64,000 nt of DNA from Planctomycetota bacterium (GTDB lineage: Bacteria > Planctomycetota > UBA1135 > UBA2386), in the NCBI GenBank assembly GCA_965223545.1, contig OZ245006.1, positions 5,888,001 through 5,952,000 on the forward strand, read 5' to 3'. A program made the translations under genes and the position numbers. The notes under the pieces were generated by a model. That model made no database searches. It worked only from the letters and a program-made list of their open reading frames with translations, and was not told the DNA's origin. The stretch's first letter is position 1. Every line of letters starts with the position of its first letter. This document shows, piece by piece, positions 22,629-32,963 of this stretch.

Positions 22629-24110
22629 ATGACCCTTGCTCGCGTCTTCTGCATCACCGTTGCCCTGTCCGCCGGCAGCGCCAGCGCACAGGCCATCGTC
22701 GAGAGTCACCCCGGCTTCACGGCGGGGATCGGAGCCGCCGGCGACGTCGATCGCGATGGGTTCGCCGACTTCCTGCTGCCGGGCGGCGGGCGCACGCACG
22801 TGCTCTCCGGTCGCGACGGGGGTTTGCTCGTCAGTGTCGCAGGCACGCATCGCCTGCCAGTAGTGCCGCTCGACGAGGATGTCGATGGCGACGGTGTCGC
22901 CGACTTGCTGCTAGGCGACGATGACGCCGAGATCCGGTCGGGTCGGACCGGGGTGCTGCTTCGCAGTCACGCCGCGACCCAGCAGAACGGGTTGGGCGGC
23001 GGTCTGAACGGGGTCGGCGACATCGATGGCGACGGCGTGCGGGACTACGGCGTCGTGTTCAACGAGGTGCCGCAGGGATGCACCCCATGTCCCGGCTCGT
23101 TCGAGGTGGCCCTGTTCTCGGGCGTCGACGGCAGCGACATCCGGCGATGGTCCGTGCCCGGCGACTACACCTACACGTACCACGTCAAGGGACTGGGGGA
23201 CATCGACCTCGATGGGCGCAATGACTACGTGGTGTACTCGGCGGTGCCCGGGGTCCTCGGCGGGGTTGCGGCGAACTACTACAGCGGCGCGACGCACGCC
23301 CGGATCCCGCGCTCTGGCTGGCTGCCGACGCTCGACCTCGTGCCGTTGGTCGCCGACGTCGACGGTGACGCCGCGGCCGACTACATCGCGCTGTTCTTCT
23401 CCGCGCGCAACCCTCACTCCGCGTCGCTGATCTCGGGCCGCACCGAGCAGGTGCTCGCCACCTGGACCGGCGACTTCACTGCGATGGTTCCGATTGGCGA
23501 TGCGGACGGCGACGGCACGGTCGATGTCGGCTTCGGGGTGGGGCTGGCCGGGCTCGGCTCTGTCGTCGCGTGGTCGCTCGCGCGGCAGACGACGATCTGG
23601 AGCCTCGGCGAGCTGGGCAGCGTCGACGATCTCGTGGCGCTGGGCGATCGCGATGGCGACGGTCGGCGAGAACTGGCGTGCGGCAGGTTCGGGTTGGATG
23701 CAGTCGTCGTCGATCCCTCGGGAATCGGCGACTTCAGCGGTAGCCGCGCGTCCGCGTCATTGCTGCAAGGGGCCACTCAGAGTCTCTCCCTGTCGGCGCC
23801 GGCGACGCATGCTGGCAAGGCCTATTGGATCCTCGGCAGCCTGTCGGGCACGGCGCCGGGTGTCGCGCTGGCTGGCGCTTCGATCCCGCTCAACCCGGAC
23901 AGCTACACGTGGATCACGGCTGGCGGTCCCGGTCTGTTGCGGGGCGGCACCGGTGTGTTGAATGCGCAGGGGGCTGCCGCGGCGACGCTCACCGTGCCGC
24001 CGCTGCCGGCGATTGCGCGCGGCGTCTCGATGCACCATGCCTACGTCGTGCTCGGCACCGGAACTCTGGACTACACAAGCCGGCCGGTGCCGCTGGCCCT
24101 GCTGCCTTGA
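22629..24110 (+). CDS. Exported FG-GAP (integrin-alpha-like) repeat protein
   Basis: AAGGAG RBS; signal peptide SASA-Q; seven (G)D(V/I)DGDG-like repeats; divergent C-terminal beta domain. Confidence 0.88.
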   Translation: MTLARVFCITVALSAGSASAQAIVESHPGFTAGIGAAGDVDRDGFADFLLPGGGRTHVLSGRDGGLLVSVAGTHRLPVVPLDEDVDGDGVADLLLGDDDAEIRSGRTGVLLRSHAATQQNGLGGGLNGVGDIDGDGVRDYGVVFNEVPQGCTPCPGSFEVALFSGVDGSDIRRWSVPGDYTYTYHVKGLGDIDLDGRNDYVVYSAVPGVLGGVAANYYSGATHARIPRSGWLPTLDLVPLVADVDGDAAADYIALFFSARNPHSASLISGRTEQVLATWTGDFTAMVPIGDADGDGTVDVGFGVGLAGLGSVVAWSLARQTTIWSLGELGSVDDLVALGDRDGDGRRELACGRFGLDAVVVDPSGIGDFSGSRASASLLQGATQSLSLSAPATHAGKAYWILGSLSGTAPGVALAGASIPLNPDSYTWITAGGPGLLRGGTGVLNAQGAAAATLTVPPLPAIARGVSMHHAYVVLGTGTLDYTSRPVPLALLP

Positions 24111-24144
24111 GGCGTCGCCGCGGCCTGGCGCACGGCGGGTGGGA

Positions 24145-24777
24145 ATGGCCAGGCTGACCCCCGCGCCCCCGGACGACGCGCGCATCCGCATGGCGCGCGA
24201 CGACGATGCCGCCGCCCTGCACGCCATCTACGCCCCCGTCGTCACTGGCTCGGCGATCTCCTTCGAGTACGAGCCGCCCGACGTCGGCGAGATGAGGCGA
24301 CGCCTGCGCGCCATCCTCGAGGTCGCGCCGTGGATCGTCTGCGAGTCGGGCGGGCAAGTCCTCGGCTACGCCTACGCCTGCCGCTACCGGCCCCGCGCCG
24401 CCTACACCTGGACGGCGGAGACCACGGTCTACGTCGGCGAAGCCGCGCGCGGACGTCGCGTGGCGAGCGCGCTGTACGATGCACTCCTCGCCGGGCTGTG
24501 TCTGCAGGGTTTCCGCACCACGGTCGCGGTGATCACCTTGCCGAACCCGGCCAGTGTCGCGCTGCACCGGCGCTTCGGCTTCGCGCCGATGGGCGTTCTG
24601 CCGCAGAGCGGCTTCAAGGCAGGCCGGTGGCACCCCACGAGCTTTTGGCACCACCAGTGCCGGTGCACCGGCCCGCCGGGGGCGCCGCCGGTTTCACCGC
24701 GCGCGTTGGAGTCTGACCCGAGCTGGTCACGGGCGGTGGTGACGGCACAGCAGCGCATTCTGCCGATCACCGACTGA
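24145..24777 (+). CDS. GNAT N-acetyltransferase, phosphinothricin/methionine-sulfoximine acetyltransferase (Pat/YncA) family
   Basis: IYAPVVTGSAISFEYEPP, VLGYAYA, RPRAAYTWTAETTVYV, ARGRRVASALY, PNPASVALHRRFGF, GFKAGRWH. Confidence 0.9.
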   Translation: MARLTPAPPDDARIRMARDDDAAALHAIYAPVVTGSAISFEYEPPDVGEMRRRLRAILEVAPWIVCESGGQVLGYAYACRYRPRAAYTWTAETTVYVGEAARGRRVASALYDALLAGLCLQGFRTTVAVITLPNPASVALHRRFGFAPMGVLPQSGFKAGRWHPTSFWHHQCRCTGPPGAPPVSPRALESDPSWSRAVVTAQQRILPITD

Positions 24778-24840
24778 GCCCCGCGGGCTGCTGGACGCGT
24801 TGCGGGAACCGCCGCCTTCGCTCGCTACACTCGCGTCGCG

Positions 24841-26700
24841 ATGGTGGGCTTCCGCAGCATACTCCTGGCCCTCTGCTCCTCGGTGGCGCTGTTGGCGTCC
24901 GCCCCGGCGCAAGAGGCGGTCTCGATCGACGCTCCCGGAATCGCCCTGCGCGGGATCCCGTTCGACGTGGCGGTTTCCGGCGGCCAATCCGGTGACCGAC
25001 TCCAGCTCGCGGACCAAGTGTTCGAAGTGCGGGCCGTCGACGATGGTTGGCGGGCGGAAGGAGTCGTGGTGGGGGAGAACGGCGTCGCCACGCTGGCCTT
25101 GCAGCGCGATGGGCGCGAGCTCGCGCGCGGCGATGTGCGTGTGATCCCGGCGTGGCTGTCGGTGTTGCCTCCGCTGCTCTCGATCCTCGTCGCGCTGTTG
25201 TTCCGCAAGGTGATCCCGGCGCTGTTCGTCGGCCTGTGGGTCGGGGCGTGGATCGCGCTCGGCTCCGGCGGTGTCGCGCAAGGTTTGCTCGACGCGTTCC
25301 AGGTCTACGTGCGCGGCGCATTCGGCGATCTCGACCGGGTCTCGATCATCCTGTTCACTTTCATGATCGGCGGAATGGTGGGGATCATCTCGCGCAACGG
25401 CGGCACGCAGGGGGTCGTCGACCTGCTGGTGCGCCGCGCCAACACGCCGCGCCGCGGCCAGCTGGTGACCGCCGGGCTGGGGCTCGCGGTGTTCTTCGAC
25501 GACTACGCCAACACGCTGGTGGTCGGCAACACGATGCGGCCGGTGACCGATCGGCTGCGGATCTCACGCGAGAAGCTGGCGTACCTGGTCGACTCCACCG
25601 CGGCGCCGGTCGCGTGCCTGGCGTTCGTCACCACCTGGATCGGCTACGAGGTCGGCATCGTCGGTTCGGCGGTCGAGAAGATCGACGGGTTCGACGAGGC
25701 TGCGTACTCGATCTTTCTGCACTCGATTCCGTACAGCTTCTATCCGCTGCTCTCCATCTTCTTCGTCTTCGCGGTGGCGTGGACTGGCCGTGACTTCGGG
25801 CCGATGTACGCGGCCGAGCGCGCGGCGCACGAGGGTGGGGCGAGTGCCGGAGTCCAGGGGCGCCGGCCGGGGGCGGAGGACGCCGGTGAGTTGGCCGCGA
25901 AGAGCGGCATCCCGGCGCGCGCCTGGAACGCGGTCATCCCCGTGTTGGTCTTGGTCGGTGGCGTCCTCGTCGGCTTGTTCGCGACCGGCGAAGGCGACGA
26001 TCTGCGCGCGATCATCGGCAGCGCCGACAGCTACGCGGCGCTGATGTGGGCGTCGCTGTGCGCGGTGTTGGTCGCCGCCGTCTTGTCGATGGCCCAGGGC
26101 TTGCTCGATCTCGAGGAGGTCGTCGACGCCTGGTATTGCGGCGTGCGCGCGATGCTCTTGGCGATGATCATCTTGGTCCTCGCCTGGGCGCTGTCGGACA
26201 TCACCGGCGTCTTGCACACCGCGGACTTCTTGGTCAGCGCGCTCGGCGACGCGATCCCGATGGGCCTGTTGCCGGCGCTGGTGTTCGTGATCTCGGCGGC
26301 CACCGCGTTCGCCACCGGATCGAGCTGGGGCACGATGGGCATTCTGATGCCGCTGATCGTGCCGTTGGCGTGGGCCGTCCTGCAGGGCAACGGCGCCGCT
26401 GATCCGGAGCACTACTACGTGCTCTACTCGGCGGTGGCCTGCGTGCTGTCGGGCGCGGTCTGGGGCGATCACTGCTCGCCGATCTCCGACACGACGATCC
26501 TGTCCTCGATGGCTTCGGGGTGCGACCACGTCGCGCACGTGCGCACGCAGCTCGGCTATGCGGTCTCCGTCGGCGCGGTGGCCGTGTTGCTCGGCACGGT
26601 GCCGACCGGCTTCGGCCTACCGTGGTGGCTGTCGCTGCTGGTCGGTGCCGCCGTCCTCGGCGCGATCCTGCGCGTGTTCGGCAGACCGGTGCGCGCCTGA
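24841..26700 (+). CDS. Na+/H+ antiporter NhaC family protein with an N-terminal exported domain
   Basis: WLSVLPPLL, FFDDYANTLVVG, ISREKLAYLVDSTAAP, FATGSSWGTMGI, GDHCSPISDTTILSS, HVRTQL; many TM helices. Confidence 0.92.
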   Translation: MVGFRSILLALCSSVALLASAPAQEAVSIDAPGIALRGIPFDVAVSGGQSGDRLQLADQVFEVRAVDDGWRAEGVVVGENGVATLALQRDGRELARGDVRVIPAWLSVLPPLLSILVALLFRKVIPALFVGLWVGAWIALGSGGVAQGLLDAFQVYVRGAFGDLDRVSIILFTFMIGGMVGIISRNGGTQGVVDLLVRRANTPRRGQLVTAGLGLAVFFDDYANTLVVGNTMRPVTDRLRISREKLAYLVDSTAAPVACLAFVTTWIGYEVGIVGSAVEKIDGFDEAAYSIFLHSIPYSFYPLLSIFFVFAVAWTGRDFGPMYAAERAAHEGGASAGVQGRRPGAEDAGELAAKSGIPARAWNAVIPVLVLVGGVLVGLFATGEGDDLRAIIGSADSYAALMWASLCAVLVAAVLSMAQGLLDLEEVVDAWYCGVRAMLLAMIILVLAWALSDITGVLHTADFLVSALGDAIPMGLLPALVFVISAATAFATGSSWGTMGILMPLIVPLAWAVLQGNGAADPEHYYVLYSAVACVLSGAVWGDHCSPISDTTILSSMASGCDHVAHVRTQLGYAVSVGAVAVLLGTVPTGFGLPWWLSLLVGAAVLGAILRVFGRPVRA

Positions 26701-26765
26701 CGGCGCCGTGCCTCCCGCCGGGCGTCGAGTCGAAAGAACGCGCCGCCGCCCAGCGTTCAAACGGC

Positions 26766-28283
26766 ATGAGATGGCTATCCGCCTTGGGGGTGGCGTTGGG
26801 GTTGGCCTGGATCGCTTGCAACTCGGGGCCGAGCAGGGCTGAGGATGTGATCGAGCCCGCCGCGGACTCCGGAGCCGCGGCGGAGCTCTTCGCGCGCCAC
26901 TGCGCGGTTTGCCACGGCGCGACGGGTCGCGGCGACAGCGAGGTCGCGCGCCGTCTGCTGCCGCCGCCCCGCGACTTCGCCACCGCCGTGTTCCGCCTGG
27001 TCAGCACCGAGAACGGGATTCCGACCGACGAGGATCTGGTGCGCACTCTGCGCCGCGGCATCCCGGGCTCGGCGATGCCTTCGTTCGCGTGGCTCGACGA
27101 CGGTGAGCTCGCAGGCCTCGCCCGATACGTCCGCGCGCTGGCGGTCGCAGGGTTGGCACCGCAGATCGGGGCCGCTGCGGCTGCGTCGGGTGAGAAACTC
27201 GACCGACATGCAGCGCTGGCGCAGGCGCGATCGAGGTTGGAGCCCGGTGTCGAAGTCGAAACCGGGCTGCCTGTGCGGCCGAGCGCAGATGCGATGGCTC
27301 GCGGCCGGACCCTGTATGTGCGGTACTGTGCGGAATGCCACGGCGAAGACGGGACCGGCGGTCCGGAGCGGTCCCCCGTAGGCGGTGCATCTGGCCACGA
27401 GGCACCGCGCGATTTCACGGCAGGGATTCTCGCCGGCGGCTCCCGGCATCGGGATCTGGCGCGCCGGATTCGCGCCGGGATGCCGGGGACATCGATGGCC
27501 GCAACCGAGCTCGGCACCGATGAGCTCGGGCCCCTCGTCACCTACGTGCAGAGTCTCCTGCGTGCCGACACCGGCGACCGCCTCGTTCAACGGCGCGAGC
27601 AGGTCGTCGCCGACCGCGCGGGACCGGGGCGCCTGCCGGTCGAGCCGGGCGACCCACAGTGGTCGGCCGCGGTGGAGGTCGAGATCGTGTTGGCGCCGTT
27701 GCGTTGGAGTGACGGGGCCGTCGTGCGCGCGGCGGTCAGCGCGATGCACGATGGTCGAGACCTGGCGATCCGCCTGCGTTGGCGGGACCAGTCTCGAAAC
27801 GACGCGATCGGCAGCGCGGCGCACCTCGACGCGGCTGCCGTGCAGCTCTCGGCCGCGGATCGGCCGCCGCTGATGGGGATGGGGTCGGCCGACCGCCCGA
27901 CCTCGATTTGGCACTGGCGGCCTGTGTGGCCGGAAGAGGAGGCAGCCCTCGTCGACCGCGCGAACCCGGTCGCGCACGGGTGGCGCAGCGATGCGGTCGA
28001 GCGCCTGCGCCGCGCGCACGGCCGCGCGGTTCAGGTCGAGGGCAGCGGTTCGGCCAGTCGATTCGCGTCCGAGGCCACGCCGCTCGAGGCGCATGCCCGC
28101 TGGGAGGCGGGTGAGTGGAGCGTCGTGTTCCGTCGATCTTTGGCGGCGCGGACGCCGGGCGAACCGGCGTTGACCCCGGGCGAGGCGATGCAGCTCTCGG
28201 TCGCGATCTGGAACGGTGCCGTGGCGACCCACGACTCCGACAAGTCGTTCTCGATTTGGCATGCGCTGGAGCTGTGGCGCTGA
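26766..28283 (+). CDS. Diheme c-type cytochrome fused to an ethylbenzene-dehydrogenase-gamma-like (heme-b DOMON) domain
   Basis: CAVCHG...PRDF...GIPGSAMP and CAECHG...PRDF...GMPGTSM; C-terminal HDGRDLAIRLRWRD, DAAAVQ, LMGMG, IWHW, WSVVFRRSL, VAIWNG, DKSFSIW; possible lipoprotein signal (WIAC). Confidence 0.85.
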   Translation: MRWLSALGVALGLAWIACNSGPSRAEDVIEPAADSGAAAELFARHCAVCHGATGRGDSEVARRLLPPPRDFATAVFRLVSTENGIPTDEDLVRTLRRGIPGSAMPSFAWLDDGELAGLARYVRALAVAGLAPQIGAAAAASGEKLDRHAALAQARSRLEPGVEVETGLPVRPSADAMARGRTLYVRYCAECHGEDGTGGPERSPVGGASGHEAPRDFTAGILAGGSRHRDLARRIRAGMPGTSMAATELGTDELGPLVTYVQSLLRADTGDRLVQRREQVVADRAGPGRLPVEPGDPQWSAAVEVEIVLAPLRWSDGAVVRAAVSAMHDGRDLAIRLRWRDQSRNDAIGSAAHLDAAAVQLSAADRPPLMGMGSADRPTSIWHWRPVWPEEEAALVDRANPVAHGWRSDAVERLRRAHGRAVQVEGSGSASRFASEATPLEAHARWEAGEWSVVFRRSLAARTPGEPALTPGEAMQLSVAIWNGAVATHDSDKSFSIWHALELWR

Positions 28284-28457
28284 CGCTTGGCCAGCCGACC
28301 GGCGTATTGCGCTGCGCGCCATCGCTGACGTTGACGGAAGGGACTGGCGCCAGGCAGGAGCAGTTGGCGAACGAATCGTGAAAGCCGGTGCGTGCCCGGC
28401 TGTTGTAGCGAAGAGGTGTCGTGGACCAATTCGGCTGCGACGACCACCGCCACAACC

Positions 28458-29348
28458 ATGATTCTCTACCGTTCCATCCCGATCGCTCTCTTGATTGCCG
28501 CCCTGTTCACTGCGTGCGCCGCTACGCCGAAGCAGGCCTCTCCTTCCCCGTCCGGCATCGATCCTTCCTGGAACGATCGACTTCTCTCTCCCGTGAGCCA
28601 ACCGACTCTGTTCGAGAGCCCGGTGGTCGTTTCGGAGATTCGCCCGTTTGCGCTGCACCAGGATCTTCCTGAGAGCTCCGTGTTCGGTGGAGGCGACTTC
28701 CAACTCTACGCCGCACAGGCTCGGTTCGCGGTTACGGACCGGCTGGCGTTGATTGCGACGAAGGACGGGTTCATCGATCTCAACCCCGGTGGTGGTGGCG
28801 ATGAGCGCGGTTGGGCGAATCTCGCCGCGGGCGTCAAGTTTGCTGCCGTCGAGAACGAACGCGCCGGATTGATCGTCACTCCGGGCCTGGTGTTCGAGGC
28901 CGATTCCGGCGACCACGATGTGTTTCAGGGCAACGGCGATGGCATTCTGCGACCATTCGTCAGCGCTGGCCTCGATCGGGGAAAGTTCAACGTGCTCGCC
29001 GCTGTGGGCTACAACCAGGCGATCGACACCGATGCCAACTCTTCGTCGGTCGACTACCACGCGCACATCGACTACGAGATCGCGCCGAACGTCTACCCCT
29101 TGGTCGAAGCCAACGGCATCACCTACACGGACAACGGCAACGCACTACCGGTCAACTTCGAGGGTGGTGATCTGATCAACCTCGGCGCGACGGACGTGCG
29201 CGACCAGACCGTCGTGACGGGAGCCGTTGGGGCGAGGTTTCGCGTCTCTCCCTGCGCCGAGTTCGGTGGTGTCTACGAATTCCCGCTGAGCGGTCGGCGT
29301 GACTTGTTCGACCAGCGCTTCATGCTCGACTTCATTTGGCGGTTCTGA
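28458..29348 (+). CDS. Putative outer-membrane beta-barrel protein
   Basis: Signal peptide with lipobox-like FTAC; amphipathic beta strands; C-terminal FMLDFIWRF fits a BamA recognition signal. Confidence 0.7.
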   Translation: MILYRSIPIALLIAALFTACAATPKQASPSPSGIDPSWNDRLLSPVSQPTLFESPVVVSEIRPFALHQDLPESSVFGGGDFQLYAAQARFAVTDRLALIATKDGFIDLNPGGGGDERGWANLAAGVKFAAVENERAGLIVTPGLVFEADSGDHDVFQGNGDGILRPFVSAGLDRGKFNVLAAVGYNQAIDTDANSSSVDYHAHIDYEIAPNVYPLVEANGITYTDNGNALPVNFEGGDLINLGATDVRDQTVVTGAVGARFRVSPCAEFGGVYEFPLSGRRDLFDQRFMLDFIWRF

Positions 29349-29380
29349 CCGAGCTGCTTGCGGGTGTTCCCAACCCGCCG

Positions 29381-31549
29381 TCAGGTCTCGGTGGCGCGCC
29401 GCCGCAGGCCCTCGCCGGGGGCGAAGCGCTCGCCGTGGGTCGCGGTCATTTGCTCGAGCGTCTGCGTCAGGTGCGCGAAGCCGAGCTTTCGCGCGTAGCG
29501 CGCGATGCCGCCGCGGAACGGCGCGAACCCCGTGCCCATGACCATGCCCAAGTCGAGGTCGGCCTCGCTCTCGACGATGCCGTCGTCGAGACAGCGGAAC
29601 GCCTCGTCGATCATCGGATACAGCAGGCGGTGCAGGATCTCGGCCCCGGGGGTCGCGCGGGGCGCCGCGCCGGCCTCGCGCCGCAGGCGATCGAGGACGC
29701 TGCGCGCCGGTCCGGGTTGGTTGCCGCTCTTGTCGTAGAGCGCGCCGCCGGTCTTCTGGCCGAGGTGGCCGCTGTCGGCGATGGCCCGAAACAGCGGGCT
29801 GCCGACGGCGCGCGGCGAGCTGTCGGTGCCGGCCTCGGCGGTGCTGGCTTCGGCGGCGACGTGCGCGAGGACGTCGAAGCCGACCTCGTCCATCAGCCGC
29901 GCCGGCCCCATCGGCATGCCGAAGTTGACCAGCGCGCGGTCGAGATCCTCGGGAGCGGTGCCCTCGATCATCATGCGCGCCGCTTCGTTGAGGTAGGGCG
30001 ACAGACAGCGGTTGACCAGGAAACCGGGGGCGTCGCGCACGACGATCGGAAACTTGCCCAGCGCGGTGGCCAGCCGGCAGCCGGACGCCACGGCCTCTTC
30101 GCTGGTGTGCGCGCCGCGCACGACCTCGACCAGCGGCATCTTCTCGGGTGGGTTGAAGAAGTGCAGGCCGACGACGCGCTCGGGATGGGGCAGATCCTCG
30201 GCCATGGCGTCGACCGACAGCGACGACGTGTTGGTGGCGATGATCGCGTCGCGCGGCAGGCCGCGTGCCGCGGCCTGCTCGAACAGCCGGCGCTTCAGCG
30301 TCAGGTTCTCGGTGACTGCCTCGAGGAACAGATCGGTGCGGGTGAGGTTGCCCCACTCGGTCGACACCGCGAGGCGGTCGAGCTGGGCCTGGGCCTCGTG
30401 CTTCTTCAGGCGCTTGCGCGCTACTCTCTTGCCGACGGCCTTCGCCAGCCGTGCCTTGGCCGCGGCCAGCACGCCGCCGTCGAGGTCGCACAGGCGCGCG
30501 GCGATGCCGCGCGACGCCATCAGGCCGGCAATGCCCGCACCCATCGCGCCGCCACCGACCACGACCGCGCGCTGCACCGCGCGCGCGCGGCTGTCCTTGC
30601 CCAGCTTCTTGGCGCGTTCGGTGAGGAAGAACAGGTGCACCAGGTTGCGGCTCTGCTCGCCGACGATCAGCTCGCCGAGCGCCCGCGCCTCCGCGTCGAA
30701 GCCGCGCGCGACGGGCAGGCGCAGTGCGTCGAGGCAGCACTCGAGCGCCCGCTTCGGTGCCTCGTAGTGCCGCGCCTGGGGGCGGTCGAGCTGCTTGCGC
30801 GCCTGGCTGGCGATCAGCGATCGCACCGGCGGCAGCAGCTGCGCGGCCCGCGCCAGGCCGCGCAGCCGGCGGCGCGGCGCCTTGGCGTTGCGGGCGAAGA
30901 GCTTCTCGACCTCTTGGCGCGCGGCTTCGAGCAAGCGTTCGCTCGGCACGACCCGGTCGACCACGCCGCGCCGCAGGGCGGGGACGGCGCGCAGCAGCTT
31001 GCCGGCGAGAATCATGTCGAGTGCAGCGGGCAGACCGATCAGCCGGGTGAGGCGCTGCGTGCCGCCGAAGCCCGGCAGGATGCCGAGCTTGACCTCGGGC
31101 AGGCCGATGCTGGTCGCCGGATGGTCGCTGGCGATGCGCACGTCGAAGCCGAGCGCCATCTCCAGGCCGCCGCCGAGACACGGGCCCTCGATCGCGCCGA
31201 CGACGGGCACGGAGAGCTCGCCGAAGCGGCCGAACAGCGCCTGGCCGCGCGCCGCGCCGCGCACGGCTTCTTCGACCGAGCTCAGCGTCTCGAACATCTT
31301 GATGTCGGCGCCGGCGGCGAACATGCCGGTGGTCGGGCCGGTGACGATCACGCCACGCAGGCCGTTCTGGCTGCGCAGCTGGCTGATCGCCGCGTCGAGC
31401 GATTCGAGCCGTTCGGCGGTGAGCGTCAGCATCGACTCGCTCGCGGCCCCGAGCCGGAGCAAGGCGATGCCGTCGTCGCCGAGCTGCAGCTGCACGCGGC
31501 CTTCTTCGGCGGCGGGGGCTGCACGGTCACTGCGGGTTGCGGATGTCAT
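29381..31549 (-). CDS. fadJ: Fatty-acid oxidation complex alpha subunit (enoyl-CoA hydratase / 3-hydroxyacyl-CoA dehydrogenase)
   Basis: FAAGADI, CLGGGLE, GLPEVKLGILPGFGGTQRL, GGGAMGAG, EAVTENL, NTSSL, HFFNP, PGFLVNR, GMPMGP; ATGA overlap with the thiolase stop. Confidence 0.93.
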   Translation of the reverse strand: MTSATRSDRAAPAAEEGRVQLQLGDDGIALLRLGAASESMLTLTAERLESLDAAISQLRSQNGLRGVIVTGPTTGMFAAGADIKMFETLSSVEEAVRGAARGQALFGRFGELSVPVVGAIEGPCLGGGLEMALGFDVRIASDHPATSIGLPEVKLGILPGFGGTQRLTRLIGLPAALDMILAGKLLRAVPALRRGVVDRVVPSERLLEAARQEVEKLFARNAKAPRRRLRGLARAAQLLPPVRSLIASQARKQLDRPQARHYEAPKRALECCLDALRLPVARGFDAEARALGELIVGEQSRNLVHLFFLTERAKKLGKDSRARAVQRAVVVGGGAMGAGIAGLMASRGIAARLCDLDGGVLAAAKARLAKAVGKRVARKRLKKHEAQAQLDRLAVSTEWGNLTRTDLFLEAVTENLTLKRRLFEQAAARGLPRDAIIATNTSSLSVDAMAEDLPHPERVVGLHFFNPPEKMPLVEVVRGAHTSEEAVASGCRLATALGKFPIVVRDAPGFLVNRCLSPYLNEAARMMIEGTAPEDLDRALVNFGMPMGPARLMDEVGFDVLAHVAAEASTAEAGTDSSPRAVGSPLFRAIADSGHLGQKTGGALYDKSGNQPGPARSVLDRLRREAGAAPRATPGAEILHRLLYPMIDEAFRCLDDGIVESEADLDLGMVMGTGFAPFRGGIARYARKLGFAHLTQTLEQMTATHGERFAPGEGLRRRATET

Positions 31550-32868
31550 GGTGCCTCCAACACGATCGCTTGGCCCTGGCCGCCGCCGACGCACAGGCTG
31601 GCGAGACCGTAGCGCGCGCCGCGGCGGCGCATCTCGTGGGCCAAGGTGAGGGTGATGCGGGCGCCGGACGCCGCGATCGGATGGCCGAGCGCGATGGCGC
31701 CGCCGTTGACGTTGAGCCGGGCGGGGTCGATCTCGCCGATCGCCCCGTCGGTGCCGACCTGCTCGCGGCAGTAGCGCTCGTCGGCGAACGCGCGCACGCA
31801 GCCCAGGACCTGCGCGGCGAACGCCTCGTTGATCTCGAACAGCTCGATGTCGTCGAAGCCGACCCCCGCCGCCGCCAGCGCGCGGGGCGTCGCGTGCACT
31901 GGGCCGAGGCCCATCACGGCGGGGTCGAGGCCGGCCCGCGCCTGTCCGCGGATCAGCGCCAACGGCTCCAGGGAGAGCTCCTTGGCCTTCGCCACCGAGG
32001 TCACCAGCAGGCCGACGCCGCCGTCGGTCACCTGGCAAGCGTTGCCGACGGTGACGTCGCCTTCGCGCTTGTCGAACACGGGCCGCAGCTTTTGCAGTGC
32101 CTCCGTGCTCTGTCCCTCGCGGATGCCATTGTCGTGCTCGACCATGGCGGTGTAGCGGGGCGGCGGAACCAGCGGTGCGATCTCGTCGGCCAGCCGTCCC
32201 TCGGTCCGGGCCGCGGCGGCGCGGCGGTGGCTCTCGACCGCGTAGGCGTCCTGCGCCGCGCGGTCGATGCCGAAGCGGCGGGCGACGTTCTCCGCCGTCA
32301 TGCCCATCAACAGGCCGCTGACCGGGTCGGTGAGCCCCTCGAGCAAGGCCACCCGCGGGGCGAGGAAGGACGGGCGAAACGACAACGCGGTCTTGAGCTT
32401 GGCCCACAGCGATCGGGCGCTGCCCAGCCGTTCGAACATCGAGGTCAGCTTCGGGCCCATGATCAGCGGGTAGCGCGACATCGACTCGGCGCCGCCCACC
32501 AGGAACACCTCGCCGTCGCCGGCGCGCAGCCGGTGCTGCGCGGCCAGCAGCGCCTCGAGACCCGAAGCGCAGTTGCGCATCACCGTGACGCCGGGCACGC
32601 GCTGCGGCAGGCCCGCGCGCAGCGCCGCCACCCGCGCGACGTTGGCCTCGCTCGGATCGGGGCCGCCACAGCCGAGGATCACCTCGTCGATGCACTCGGG
32701 GTCGACGCCGGTGCGGTCGATGACCTCGCGGAAGCAATGCGTGGCGAGGTCGGCCGCCGCGGCGCCGCGCAGATCGGTCTGCCGCTTGCAGAAGGGAGTG
32801 CGCACGCCGCCGACCAGGGCCAGGGTCTCGTGCGGGTCGGTCTTTGTCTTCATCGGTGTCGGGGCCAT
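31546..32868 (-). CDS. fadI: Acetyl-CoA C-acyltransferase (thiolase), beta-oxidation complex beta subunit
   Basis: GVRTPF, NCASG (catalytic Cys), [32 protein letters not shown]; alternative start at 32853. Confidence 0.93.
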   Translation of the reverse strand: MAPTPMKTKTDPHETLALVGGVRTPFCKRQTDLRGAAAADLATHCFREVIDRTGVDPECIDEVILGCGGPDPSEANVARVAALRAGLPQRVPGVTVMRNCASGLEALLAAQHRLRAGDGEVFLVGGAESMSRYPLIMGPKLTSMFERLGSARSLWAKLKTALSFRPSFLAPRVALLEGLTDPVSGLLMGMTAENVARRFGIDRAAQDAYAVESHRRAAAARTEGRLADEIAPLVPPPRYTAMVEHDNGIREGQSTEALQKLRPVFDKREGDVTVGNACQVTDGGVGLLVTSVAKAKELSLEPLALIRGQARAGLDPAVMGLGPVHATPRALAAAGVGFDDIELFEINEAFAAQVLGCVRAFADERYCREQVGTDGAIGEIDPARLNVNGGAIALGHPIAASGARITLTLAHEMRRRGARYGLASLCVGGGQGQAIVLEAP

Positions 32869-32880
32869 GCGATGGAACCT

Positions 32881-32903
32881 TTCGGCAAAGCCGCACTGCC
32901 GAA
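32881..32903. promoter_or_regulatory. Inverted repeat TTCGGCA-N9-TGCCGAA, candidate operator upstream of the thiolase
   Basis: Perfect 7-bp arms, 12 bp before the thiolase start. Confidence 0.4.
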
Positions 32904-32937
32904 TGGATGCTACCCGTGAGCGGTCGGCGCCAGCGGG

Positions 32938-32963
32938 GGTTTCACTCGGCGGTTTCACTCGGC
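32938..32963. repeat. Perfect tandem 13-bp direct repeat (GGTTTCACTCGGC x2) in a divergent intergenic region
   Basis: Copies read directly at 32938-32950 and 32951-32963. Confidence 0.8.

Noticed and set aside
24145..24777. Pat-like GNAT as an acquired resistance gene
   Set aside because: The family is widespread on chromosomes, and no mobile element flanks it.
28380..29348. Horizontally acquired islet suggested by more A/T-ending codons
   Set aside because: This is a visual impression only, with no integrase, transposase, flanking repeats or tRNA to support it.
29381..32896. 1171-aa ORF suggesting an N-terminally extended FadJ
   Set aside because: The first ~450 aa are an off-frame shadow of the thiolase; the real start is the ATG at 31549.
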